Under the pieces are notes generated by a model, which saw nothing but the letters and a program-made list of their open reading frames with translations, did not search any database and was not told where the DNA came from. The position numbers and the translations under genes are program-made. A stretch of DNA of 63,980 nt, counting the filler, from Octopus bimaculoides (Eukaryota), in the NCBI RefSeq assembly GCF_001194135.2. It is 4 parts of 4 records of this genome, joined end to end, with 100 filler letters (N's around TTAATTAATTAA, not from the genome) between each part and the next. Parts side by side here need not be neighbours in the genome. Positions count along the whole stretch, not along the records: positions 25,736 to 47,308 come from NC_068982.1; positions 47,409 to 62,722 come from NC_068991.1; 2 more parts are not named here. The stretch is one strand, 5' to 3'. Below, piece by piece: positions 37,864-49,819 of this stretch. Every line of letters starts with the position of its first letter. Position 1 is the first letter of the stretch.

Positions 37864-38121
37864 TGTGTCTCGTTGGCACTGTTCTTCTTTGAACTCACTG
37901 TATATACCACTTTATAACGTGGACTTATAACAAGGTTATGACAATACAAATATCAATCAGAAGCAACATGTAACAAACAACATCTCTTCTCAATGACTTT
38001 GACTATCTTCACAAAGCACCTGCACACACCACACTGTCTCTCAGTGACAGAGCGCATGCGCCTCTATGTTGTTTAGAACAGTTGACTTGCTACCCCATAG
38101 GGTTGTCAGGATTTCACCGCA
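37861..38121 (-). repeat. 3' LTR of Gypsy element
   Basis: tgttgtgtct...gatttcaccgca is collinear with 41754-42023. Confidence 0.9.
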
Positions 38122-41100
38122 TCACCCCTTTTTGCATTTGACTTTCATTGGAAGTTAGTATTTTTCTTTTATTTATTATCATTATTACCACCTCTACCCT
38201 CCTTGTTTTTTCAAATCCCTGGTAAGAAATTGGAATACTTTTTTTGTTTTGGGTCTACTTGCAAAAATTCTGTTTGCCTTCTTTTCCTAGTCGCTGTACT
38301 TGTTGGTTTGATTATTTCTTGGGGTATCAGAATGTCAAAAATGTCATAAAGAAGAAATTCCATTGGCTCTTCATGTCTTATTCTTTCTTCTGTAGACCTT
38401 TTTTTTTTAGTTGGTTTAGTTGTCTCTTGTGTTTCCATGTATGACCTTTTACCACATATGTTATTTTTCCTAAATGTTTACTTATACCTTCTTCCCAACT
38501 TTCCTTTCCATTTCTGTATATTTTAAAACAAAACCTTGTCACCAATTTTGAAGTATTTCATCTTATTTTCGGTGTTTCTCTCCATTTTTTTTCTTTTCTT
38601 CCTGGTAGTAATTTGTCAAGCAGTGACCTGACTTTCATGGTGACATACTTGATGTAGTGTTGGGGTTAGGTGTTATTCAGTAGGCACTTAAGAATTGCGT
38701 CAATGCAGTATCAGCTAGTAGTTCATTTCTAGATTTTTTCAGTGCCCTCTTAAGTGTGTCTATGAAATGTTCCGCTAGTCCATTCGATCTCGGATGGTAT
38801 GGCAGAGTAGTAATATGCTCCATTGCATGCATTTTACAAAAGTTTTTAACTTCCTTTGACATGAACTGTATTCTATTATTGAACACTATAGTGTCTGGGA
38901 TACCATATCACGCAAAAGGTTTGTCCAGAAATTCCATCATTACTTTGGGGGTTGGCTTCTTACATTTACATATTTCCAGTCATTTCATGTAACTATCCAT
39001 GATTATTAGATAATACTCTCCATTTAACGGTCCAGCAAAGTCTATGTGTAATCTTGACCAAGGTATGTTAGTGTTGGGCCAAGGTTGAATTTTTATAGGT
39101 TGAATTGTTACTTCTTCTAAAGTGATAGGTAGTTTGTCTACTATGTTGCAGAATATATTTTTTATTTCGATTTCGGCTGTTAATGCCACTATTACTGTGT
39201 CCTCTAATTGTTTGTTGTATTTAGGAATCAATCTTGACAGCCCATCCATGTGTCCTAAGTTTTTCAATGGTAGAAATTCCATCTTAAAATCATAATTTAG
39301 CAAGATCGTCCCCCAGCACTGCGATTGGTTGACTGTATGTGTGGGGATACCCTTTTTGATCTGTAAATTGATAACAATGGGCAGTGATCTGTTTGCGGAC
39401 TGAATTTCCTTTCATGTATGAATTATTGAACTTTTTCACTGCAAAAATAATGGTTAGTGCCACCTTCTCAATTTGGCTGTAGTTTTTTTCAGCCGCCAAC
39501 TATGAAAGTGAAGCATGAGCGATGAGGTTTTATGCTACCATTTTCATACTTGTGTAAAATACTGCCCCTATACCACTTTTACTAGCATCTGATGCTACTA
39601 CTATTTTTAATTTTGGATCAAAGTGTGATAATGACAGTTCCAATGTTAAAACTTTAAAAATTTCTTTGAATGTTTTTTTTGACACCTGTCTGGCCAATAC
39701 CATTTTACACCTTTTCTCCATAGGTTGTTTAGGGGTGTTCTTAGCTCATGCATGTTTGGTATGTATGTTTGATAATAGTTTTTAATACTTGTAATGTGAT
39801 ATTTTCCAGGGTAGGCATATTTTTTATTGCCGTCAATCTTGAAGGATCTGACCTGCGACCATTTCTGGCATGAAAATTTTGCATTTTTCCTTGCTAAGAT
39901 TGAATCCATACTCCTTTATCTTCTCAAAAACCATTTTAACATGTTCCTCATACTGGCCTCTAGACTCACTTTTTATGAGTATGTCATCCAAATATGGTAT
40001 AGCGAAATATGTATCTGCAAGCATTGTGCCCATCACCTATTGGAAAATACTAGGTGCCACCTTTATCCTGAAAGGAAGTCAATTGAATTTATATAAACCT
40101 TTATGAGTGTTTATTGTTAATAATTTCTAACATTCTTCCTCAACCTGTAACTGTAAATATGTCTTTGACAAGTCTAATTTTGAGAAAAATTTTCCTCCAT
40201 TGAGTTTCACAAAATTTCCTCTGAGCTTGGTTGTCCTTAAACATTTGTTCAAACCTGTTGAAAAGTCTGCACATACTCATATTTTGTTATTATAGTTGGT
40301 GCTGCCCATTCTGAATAATCAACTTTTTCTATAACTCCCAGCTTTTCTAGCCTATCTAATTCCTTGCTGACTTGATTCATTGCCGCAAAAGGCACAACTC
40401 GCTTCGGTTTAAACACCGGTATGACGTTTTCTTTTACTTGAAATCTTACTTTTGTTTTGGTGCATCAACAATTCTATCCAGTCTGTGCCAAAAAGGTTTG
40501 TCGTATTTTTTGATACAAAAACTTTAGCCTTCAAAGTTTTTCCAAGAAATGTTACCTCACTGATCATTTCGCCCAAAAATTGTAATTGTTTTCCTGAGAT
40601 GCTTCTCGCCATTTTCACAGTTTTTAATGTAGGCCTTCCTATTTTTTCCATGTATCCTCATTAATTATTATGATATCACTACCTGTGTCCAACTGTAGTC
40701 TCATATTCACTTTATTTATTTTTATAGACAAATTTTCTTTTTTGTGCCTCGTTTTGCGTTTGTGTTGACTGCTTTTTTTCTCGAATTTTTTTCATTCAAA
40801 CTTTTTGTTTCACCCAACAATGTGAATGCTTATGTCCAATTTTCCCACATCCAAAACATTTTAGATTCTTGAAAGGAGTTTCTTTTCAAATGTATTTCTC
40901 CATATCCATAACATGGTTTTAGTTTTGACTGTTGTTTTTCTTTTTTGTGTATCTGTTACCGGTCGACATGTATGTATATTTGAATAATCTTTTTCAATTT
41001 TTTTCTGCATCCTGTTGTAGATTTATAATCCTTTGACATTCTTCAGCCACTATTTATAGGGTTAGTTTTGAATCTTGTTCAAGCTTTGTCAATGTTCGAG

Positions 41101-41753
41101 CCCTTGTCTCTGCAGCTTTACTTGCCATTAATCCTTGTACAAAATTTAAACTTTTAAACACATCTGGGCTTAATTCATTGAGTTTAAATTTTTCACATCC
41201 TCTATTTATGATTCCGACACACGTAACGAAATCTTCCATTTCTTTTTTTTTTCAAATTCAAACACTCCCAGTGAATATTAAATAGGGAACTTCTTTCCCT
41301 GAATATTTTAGATAATAGCTTAATTGTTTCCTTGAAACAAATTTTGGATGGTTTTCTTGGCAAGATGTAATTACAAAACTTTTCATGTTCTGCTGGTGTT
41401 AATTTCCTTAAAAGAAGATGTACCTTCTTTTTGTCTGTCCAGCTTTTATACTCTTCTTTGAAGATTCCTTCATACCTTTTGAAGTATGAAGTATCTTCCG
41501 GATTATACGTGAATTCTTCAATTGAATTAACAACTGCATCTGCTGAAAACGAACCTGAAGAATTTTTTTACTACAACAATAATTCCAACAACTGTTGAAT
41601 TTGTTATTGTTGTAGTTGCTGTTGTACCTGTTCTTGCTGTTTCTGTTGTTCTTGTTGTTACTGCTGTAGTTGTCGTTGCAAATGAACTATGGAAGCTAAT
41701 AGGTCTTCCATGCTAAGAACATCCACCATGAACTTCGAATGTCTCATCACCAC

Positions 41754-42023
41754 TGTTGTGTCTTGTTGACACTATTTATGTCCCTCTGTGAATTCACTGT
41801 ATATGCCACTTTATAACACGGTCTTATAACCAAGTTATAACAATACAAATATCAATCAGAAACAACACATAATAAACAATATCTCTTCTCAACGACTTCT
41901 ATGACTATCTTCACAAAGTGCCTGCATACACCACACTGTCTCTCACTAACAGTGTGCATGCGACTTTATACGGTTTAGGACAGTTGATTTGCTGTTCCAC
42001 GGGAGTGTCACGATTTCACCATA
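41754..42023 (-). repeat. 5' LTR of Gypsy element
   Basis: tgttgtgtct...gatttcaccata, adjacent to the PBS on the minus strand. Confidence 0.9.
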
Positions 42024-42669
42024 GCACACACATACACACACACAAATATATACAAGAGAGTGCTGAAAAATTCCTGGCTTTGGACAAAAGAAAATACAGG
42101 AGGATCAGTTAATTATGATTTTGTTGAACATATTCTCCCTCTCAGATTCACACACTTATTGCAGCAGCCCTTCAATTTTTCTAGGCCCTGTGAAAGAACA
42201 TGGAAGGTAGGGCATGATACCCTTAAAGCCAGGAACTTTCAGTACCCCTTTGTATGTGTGTGTGTGTGTGTGTGTATATATGTATGTATATGTGTGTGTT
42301 TATATATGTATGTATGTATACATGTGTGTGTGTATATATATATGTATGTATGTATGTATACATGTGTGTGTGTATATATATATGTATGTATGTATGTGTA
42401 GGTATGTATACATATGTGTGTGTATGTATATATATATATTTATTAGCAACAGGGGCAGTATTAATAACATGAGGTAATATTTATTCTCACTTAAATGTGG
42501 ATGTTCTGTTAGAACAAACTATACTGCAGTAGTTGCCATGAGAGAAACACTTATATTGTTTTTTGGTGCAAAATACACTCTTGTTTATATAGCAAGCAGG
42601 GAGACAAATCCCTGCCACCTCCACTGCTGATTTCAATCTTCCTTGGCCTTGTCAATGATGGACAATATA

Positions 42670-43204
42670 CAGGGTTATTCAAAAAGAAAGAGCAGACTTT
42701 AATTTTATTTTTAAAACAAATGGTAAGAGACACAAACACATTCTACATATTTCTTGATAGGGGAAGGTTTAAAGTTTATTTTAAGGTAGTATACACTCAT
42801 CATGAGCACCATGTGTTGTTCGGCAAACATCGAAACATCAAAACCCTTTTCTGTGAAATTTTTATGCCATTCGTAAATTTGCTTGTGACGAGGTGGATTT
42901 TTATTGAATTGGCGGTGAAATTCATGTTGCACTTGCACAATCGATTTGCATTTCTCAAACTGCAGCACGCAAAAAGACTTTTCTTGTGGCGTCGGCATTT
43001 TCTAAGAAATTACACAAATGAAAATTATACAACTTTAAATAAAACGAACAAAAGGAAACATTAAAGGAAAATTAAAATATTATTTTATTCAATTGATCGT
43101 GTTAAACCTTCCCCTATCAAGAAATATGTAGAATGTGTTTGTGTCTCTTACTGTTTGTTTTAAAAATAAATCTGAAACCTGCTCTTTCTTTTTGAATAAC
43201 CCTG
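42670..43204 (-). mobile_element. Tc1/mariner-superfamily deletion derivative with ~105-bp TIRs
   Basis: TA-flanked cagggttattcaaaaagaaagagcag / ctgctctttctttttgaataaccctg. Minus ORF MPTPQEKSFCVLQFEKCKSIVQVQHEFHRQFNKNPPRHKQIYEWHKNF is the N-terminal HTH (DUF4817-like) of such transposases. Confidence 0.88.
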
Positions 43205-43688
43205 TATATATTGGGTGCATGTATGTACATATCTGCCTTCTCATCATCATTTAATGTCTGTCTTCCATGTTGGCATGAGTTGGGCAGTTTGAAAGGATCT
43301 GATGTGTATATAAAATATATCTGTGTTTGTATGTGTGTGTATTCACACAATATGACTGCACCGGAAAACAGTTGGTGGGGGAATTGTCTGAATTCCAAAT
43401 TCTATTGAAATTTCTTCCTGAGAAATCAGATCCTTACATTACTGATTTTAAAAATCATAACCACATCTAAGAAAAAAAAAAAAAAAAGAAAGAAATTACA
43501 CCTATCAATATTTGGTTCTGAAAATTGTTTGTATTGGCTGGCCGTTGATTGGTTTCTTCTGTATTTATCTAAAACAATTATTATTTAGCTACACTATAAG
43601 AAACTAAATGTAAACTGTTTCAGAGTTCTTGCTCCTTCACCTTTCCTGTTTGTTTGTATCTCATGAAAACTATATTCATATAATTATT

Positions 43689-43914
43689 TCTTTATTGCCT
43701 ACAGGGGGCTAAACATAGAGGGGACAAATAAGGACAGACAAAGGGATTGAGTTGAGTACATTGATCCCAGTGCATAACTGGTACTTATTTAATTGACCCT
43801 AAAGGATGAAAGGCAAAGTCGACCTTGGCGGAATTTGAACTCAGAATGTAACGGCAGACGAAATACCGCTAAGCATTTCGCCTGACATGCTAACCATTCT
43901 GCCAGCTCACCGCC
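43689..43914 (-). mobile_element. tRNA-derived SINE with Nin/Deu-like central domain
   Basis: Reverse complement contains gagttcaaattccgccaaggtcgactttgcctttcatcc...ggggtcaattaaataagtaccag. A degenerate second copy lies at ~43940-44170. Confidence 0.75.
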
Positions 43915-45733
43915 CTAATATATTCATATCATAGAAATAAGTGTGTTCTGATTTAGACATAAAACCAGCAGTTTTGAGTGCATGAGGATAGTTGATGCTG
44001 TCAATCCCAATACTTAACTGGTATTTTATGTTATTGATCCCAGTTGGATGAGAAGCAAGTTGACTTGGGTTAGATTTGAGCTTGGAATGTAAAGAATCAG
44101 AATAAATGCTGCAAAGAATTTTTACTGATGCTGTCATGAATCTGTGAGCTCATTACCCTAAATGCAATAGGAATAATGACATTTAAAAGTTATTGTTAAA
44201 AATTTAGCCCTAATTGCTAGCATTTCATTGAAGGTTTTCTGCTGGTTTACTGTCCTGGGTTGATCCCTTTTTTTTATTGACCTCAAAGGATGCAAGACCA
44301 TTATACTGCAATAAAGTACTGATATTTATAAACACAGAGGCAGACATGAATATATCCATGTACTGAATAAAGCAAGGTCTGGTGCCATGAAAAAACAGTA
44401 CCCAGTCTACTTTTTAATGTGGTTAGCATTAGGAAAGGCATCCAACTAAAGAAAAAGTGTGCCAAAACACATTTGAGCTCAGTGCACTCCTCTGGTTTAT
44501 CAGATTCTGTTGAACCATGTTAGCATAGAACACAGATGTCAAATGGTGTTGACGATGATCATGATCATGTTTGCCACTACCCAAACTTAATTAAATTAGG
44601 TCAATACATTCTTGATATGTAATTTATTGAACTTCAAGAATTAAAAAATTCAAGTCAGTCTTTGCAATTTCAACTCCAAACATAGAAGCTGGAAACCAAA
44701 CTCTGTTAGGCATGAAACTAAGAATGCTTTGGCACTCAATAGGCACTTATAGTAACATATTTAATCCTTTTGATACCAACTAAGCACAACCTTAATTCTG
44801 TGATACATACTTTGTTTTAAAGTGGTCTAAAGTAAAACCTCCCATCAAAATTTCATGTTAATTTATGTTCCAAACATCAGCTTCATGATGATGATGATGA
44901 TGATGATGATCATCATCATCATCATCATCATTTAGCATCCATTTTTCATGTTGGTATGGGTTAGCAGGTTTGATTGTAACTGGTAAGCCAGAGAGCGGCA
45001 GCAGGTTCTAGTCTGTTTTGTCTGGTCTCTACTACTGAATGCCCTTCCTAACACCAACCACTCTGCACAGTGTAGTGGGTTCCTTTTATGTGTCACCACT
45101 AAAATCTCAAAGCTATGAGATGATGCATGGTTAATTCAAAACATAAATAAATAAACATTACATTTGATAGAGTAATCTGAATGTTGAAGGGTTAAATTAG
45201 AAAGTAAACAGAACTGCTTTTACTGAAATGAAAAATTATTTTACCAAATTCTTTATTATTGCCAAAATTAAATGGTTACAAAGAGTTTAAGATCTATGAA
45301 GGGAGTCATGAGTTTAGTGAAAGTGTAACTTGAATGGTAACATCCATTACTATTGGGAATCTGGTTGTAAAAGATTCAATTTAACTCTTTCATTTACAGT
45401 ATTTCTAAGGTAAACACTGTGTGCTTAAATCAATTTGGGAAATAATCAAGAATTTGGAGAGATTTAGTAAAATCAGTCCTTTTGTTTCCATTAATACAAT
45501 CGCATTTCAAACAAAACTTTAATAAAAAGGTTATTGCAGAAAATTATAACAGAAGGGTCTAATTTACATATGAATACTTCAGAATGAGGTTTTGTATTGT
45601 GATACAGTAAGTAGGTAAGAAGGGGCAGTTTTGGGTAGGTTTAACTATAAAAATTTTGAGATTAATTTATTGGATATTTGAAAAGATTAATATAACTTTT
45701 TCTGCATTTTTTTCTTTTTTTCTTCCTCACTAG

Positions 45734-46746
45734 GAATAGCCAGATGCAAAATAATGAAGCTCAATCAAATCTGCTATCAAAGACTATATCTGTTTCTCAA
45801 CCTGCTGTTAAAGAGGCTGCAGTTCCAGCTGAAACTGGCCAAAATGCAGGAGCAGCTGGAGGTAATACTATTTTAGGTATGAATTCTGCAAACAATGTTA
45901 ATCAGGGTACTAATTCTCCTAATCAAAATATGATAGCTAATTCAGCCAATAACAAGGAAGTAATTGCTGCTCCCAACCCTAATGATAATAAAGCAGGTGG
46001 GGTTGAAAATCAAGTAGCTGGTGCTCCTCCTATTAATAAAGATGCTGCTGGTGGAAATACAGGAGCTGCTGTTCCTCCTGCCAATAACAATGTTAGTGGA
46101 AATCCAGGAGCTGTTGTCCTTCCTGCCAATAATGCAGTTGTTGGTGGAAATCCAGGAGCTGGTGCTCCTCCTGCCAATAACGATGTTGCTGGCGGAAATC
46201 CAGGAGCTGTTGTCCCTCCTGCTAATAATGATATTGCTGGTGAAAATCCAGTTGCTGGTGTTCCTCCTGCCAATAATGATGTTGCTGGTGGAAATCAAGG
46301 AGCTGGTGTCCCTCCTGCCATCAATAATGATGGTGGTGCTCCAGCCATTCAAGATATTGGCACTGGAGATCCAAAAAATATTCTTCCACAGAACAATGAT
46401 GCTGCTATAGAAAATCCAGGAGCTGTTATTCCTCTTCTCAATAATAATAATGAAGGTGGTGATGTTGGTGCTGGTAACAGTCTAGATGGTGCACTTGGTA
46501 TGGCTGAAAAGTTGAAAGAACAAGATGTTACTGGTGGCAAGCTCATTCCTACAGAATCCTCCCATGTCAATGGCATGCCTGCTGGAGCTGCATTTAATGA
46601 CAATTTTATCAACCAACCTAAAATAGAATCTAAGGAACCTAAGACTGGTTTATTGGACATACTTAAAAATAACAATATTTTATTTGAAAACCAATACAAA
46701 ACTGCTCCGAGCATCAACAATCCTAATCTACTTGCTGCACAGGATG
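45734..46746 (+). CDS. Large coding exon C of host gene: Asn/Gly/Ala/Pro-rich low-complexity region with 16-aa tandem repeats
   Basis: 1013-nt stop-free exon. Strong acceptor (long T tract, cactag) and donor g|gtaagt. Phase 2 start completes Lys (aa+g) from exon B; ends phase 1. A second in-frame AG lies 6 nt downstream (45740). Confidence 0.9.
46050..46335 (+). repeat. Coding 48-bp (16-aa) tandem repeat, about six core copies, consensus GGNPGAGVPPANNDVA
   Basis: ggtggaaatccaggagctggtgctcctcctgccaataacgatgttgct and variants. Degenerate flanking copies (GGVENQVAGAPPINKDAA, IENPGAVIPLLNNN). Confidence 0.95.
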
Positions 46747-47069
46747 GTAAGTTTTGATTTTGTATTTTAGTAATAAAGCATGGGAAGTTGTTTAAGCATT
46801 CATTTTTTCAGTGTATTTTTAAAATATATTTTCACTTGAACTTCTTTTTTTAATGGAAAAAACTTTTCAAACTGTTTATAGCTTCATTGATTTTTAATTT
46901 CACAAGACATTTCAACCAATTTATTTTAGGCTCTCCTGTTGGTGTTTCTATCAGATTTTATTTTAGTGTTTTACATCTATTTATCCATGTTACAATTTTT
47001 GCAATTTTTGCAAATTTTGAAATTTGTATTTTTTCACACTGTTGGAGCAAATTTTTCTAGGTGATTATT

Positions 47070-47916
47070 CCTCTGTCATCCCACCCCTCCACCGGAAGTT
47101 CATCCCTTTGTCATCCTGTCAACCTCGGCTGTCTCCCGGAACCCATCTAGTGGCCTTGGCCATCCTCTCCCCTACCTTTGGGTAGCGCATTAAGGTTGAG
47201 AAATGTTTGCAGGTTGTAGGTAATGTTTTGCTTATGAATTCTTCCAATTGCAAGTTTTCTTTTCAGGTACACGACACTGCTTTTCCTCTTCCCAGGCTAC
47301 AGGCCCACNNNNNNNNNNNNNNNNNNNNNNNNNNNNNNNNNNNNNNNNNNNNTTAATTAATTAANNNNNNNNNNNNNNNNNNNNNNNNNNNNNNNNNNNN
47401 NNNNNNNNAGGATTATCAATTTATTAATTAATAAATCAATTAATAATTAATAATTTTTACCAAGCCCATCGGTATGAAATCGGTTATGCTTTCTGATCTG
47501 TGTCGGTGTGGAATTACCCGTCCATGCTTGCAGGGTTTGCTAGCATAGTCAAATTTACTACTGGAATACAGTACTGATGAAGGAAATTGATTATTAATTG
47601 TTAATTATTAATCATAATCCTGAAACGCGTCTGCTGTTAATCATCTGAATTGGTTAGTTTTTCATTGTTTTTTCTTCTTGTTTTTGCCTTTGTGAGTTAC
47701 AAGTGATGCTATCTGTGAGATTCTCAGCTTTTTTAGCTGCAATTTTCTGAACTTCAGTATATGGTGAAGCAAATATTTTGCTGATTCCTTAATTATATTT
47801 ATAAATATATGAACTTTTGAATAAGTTCTCCACCAATAATGGTGCTTTCATACCGATGGGCTTGGTAAAAATTATTAATTATTAATTGATTTATTAATTA
47901 ATAAATTGATAATCCT
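47070..47916. mobile_element. Young Penelope-like element/fragment with perfect 71-bp inverted repeats (47409-47479, 47846-47916)
   Basis: The arms are exact reverse complements and enclose a hammerhead. The left part crosses an assembly gap, so the 5' extent is uncertain. Confidence 0.75.
47568..47637 (+). ncRNA. Apparently intact type I hammerhead ribozyme
   Basis: acagta-CTGATGA-agga...tgatta...taatca...tcct-GAAAC-gc-GTC-tgctgt. Stem I has 6 bp (one G-U), stem II closes agga/tcct, stem III is palindromic ACGCGT, and predicted cleavage is after C47631. Confidence 0.9.
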
Positions 47917-47959
47917 TTACCCTTTTAATATATATATATATGTGTGTGTGTGTATATAT

Positions 47960-48585
47960 AAAAAGGCAAACATGTGAAGTATTATTACTATTATCAACCG
48001 TAATAATGAGGTGGCTAGCAAGACTTCTACCTATACAGGTATGATATACAATAATTAAAGAAAAGAAGGATAAAAATACCACTTGCTAAAAATCAAAGCG
48101 ACAGCTTCAAAAAACCACCAATCTTACGATAAATATACACACAAGCAATGCAATGAACATTTTAAAAATAGGCCTACCTTCAGAATGTAATACGAAAATA
48201 GATAATACATGTCTCAATATCAATTGAATCATGCTCTGCATGAAAAAATATGCTCTGCATGAAAAAAATATGCTCTGCAATCATCGGTTGGAAATAGTAT
48301 TTAACATCTATTTCTAAAATATTCACTATGTCAACTTGTGTGCATTTCTAACTTTAAACGTCCCGCTCCGTTTAAAAAGAAACTATCGTAAACAATAACA
48401 AATGCAAATATGTGAAGTATTATTTCTGTTATGAACAGTAATAATGAAGTGGCTAGCAAGATTTCTACCTATACCTGAAGTGAATATTTTAGAAATAGAT
48501 GTTAAATACTATTTCCAACCAATCATAAGATTGATGGTCTTTTGAAGCTGTCGCTTTGATTTTTAGCAAGTGGTATTTTTACCCT
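47960..48585. repeat. Mosaic of direct and inverted repeats
   Basis: Direct: atgtgaagtatt...gtggctagcaaga.ttctacctatac (~47970, ~48410). Inverted: ataccacttgctaaaaatcaaagcgacagcttcaaa (~48077 vs ~48540-48578) and ggttggaaatagtatttaacatctatttctaaaatattcact (~48286 vs ~48479-48520). Confidence 0.85.
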
Positions 48586-48593
48586 TATATATA

Positions 48594-49780
48594 TTAGGTT
48601 GTTACACATGAAATGTCATATTTTTAATTACTTGTTATTTCAGTCATTTAAAAACTCAATTATGTATACCCTTGCCTTTAATCTTGACTCTTTTCTTTTC
48701 AGACAATATTGGTATACAAAATTCGTACCCACAAACCTTATGAAAATGATAACAACCAAACAATGTTGAGTGATTTTCTTGTATGAGTACAAACTGGGTC
48801 ATTATGCCACAGAAGCCCTACGGAATATCAAGGGGGCCTATGATAATGGTTTTGTTGACATCAGAACTTTTCAGAGATAGTTCCAAAGATCTCGTTCTGG
48901 AGATGATAGTCTTGAAATTGAACCAAGAGGGAGGCCAAAATCAGTTATTCAGCATGATGGATTAAGTGCTTTAGTTGAACAAAATCCGAGAACAATGATC
49001 CAAATATTTTCATAAGAACTCCAAACACCTGGCACAACTGTTTCTCAACACCTGAAAAAATTGGAAAAGTTAAGAAAATGGATAGGTTTGTTCCACACAT
49101 CAACTGAATAAGATTTAAAAAAACAGGTGCCTCGAAGTATGTTCCTTGTTGCTTTCTTGTGATGAGAAATGGATACTCTTTGACAACAGCAGGAGAATAG
49201 GATAGTGATTAGATGTAGGAGAGTCATCTAAGCACTACCCAAAACCACCATTGCACCCTAAAAAGTTAGTGGTCACTGTATGGTGGTCTGCAAAGGAGGT
49301 TATTCATTATTCATTTTTGAAACAAGGAAAAACGGTAACAGCAACATCGTATTGCCAGGAAATTGATTGTATGCATGAGAATTTGAAAAAGAAGCAACCC
49401 AGACTAGTGGATAGGGATGGTCCGATTTTGTTCCATGACAATGCACGCCCTCTTAGTTCTCAAGCTACTGTCCAAAAGTTGCAAAGCCTGAATTATGAGA
49501 TCTTGCAACATCCTTCCTATTTCCCTGATATCGTTCCTACTGATTATCACTTATTTAAGTATTTTGAGCTTTTCATATGCAATAAAACATTCTTAAATAG
49601 AAAAGAGGTAATTGAAGCATTCGGACAATTTATTACAGCACAAGATGAAGTTTTTTTTTAAAGATGGAATATATGACTTAGAGAAACATTGGGTATAGGT
49701 CATAAATGAATATGGATCATACTTTGATTAAATAAATCTGTTCTCTAACACTTCTGAAACATTTTGTGTGTGACAACCTA

Positions 49781-49781
<1 letters not shown>
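48594..49781 (+). mobile_element. Mariner transposon (Mos1/SETMAR-like), full length, decayed
   Basis: TA-flanked ttaggttgttacaca / tgtgtgacaacctaa. ORF 49251-49661 has LHPKKLVVTVWWS...ILFHDNARP...HPSYFPDIVPTDYHLF. Confidence 0.92.

Positions 49782-49819
<38 letters not shown>

Larger units (their letters stand above)
37861..42023 (-). mobile_element. Ty3/Gypsy LTR retrotransposon with both LTRs, decayed and internally deleted
   Basis: LTRs at 37861-38121 and 41754-42023. PBS tggtgatgag(ac) lies next to the 5' LTR and polypurine tract aaaaaggggtga next to the 3' LTR. Minus-strand motifs in order: zinc knuckle CFGCGKIGHKHSHC, protease LDTGSD, RT YLDDILI, RNase H VASDASKSGIGAV/NYSQIEK, integrase HIDFAGP and YHPRSNGLAE. 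Confidence 0.95.

Noticed and set aside
45942-46720. Overlapping alternative-frame and antisense ORFs over exon C
   Set aside because: Shadows of a repetitive coding exon; only the + frame at 45744 has splice sites and phase continuity.
48070-48200. Possible minus-strand hammerhead (CTGAAG...GAAGCTGTC)
   Set aside because: Core bases are missing (no GAAA, no A after CUGAAG) and stems could not be formed convincingly.
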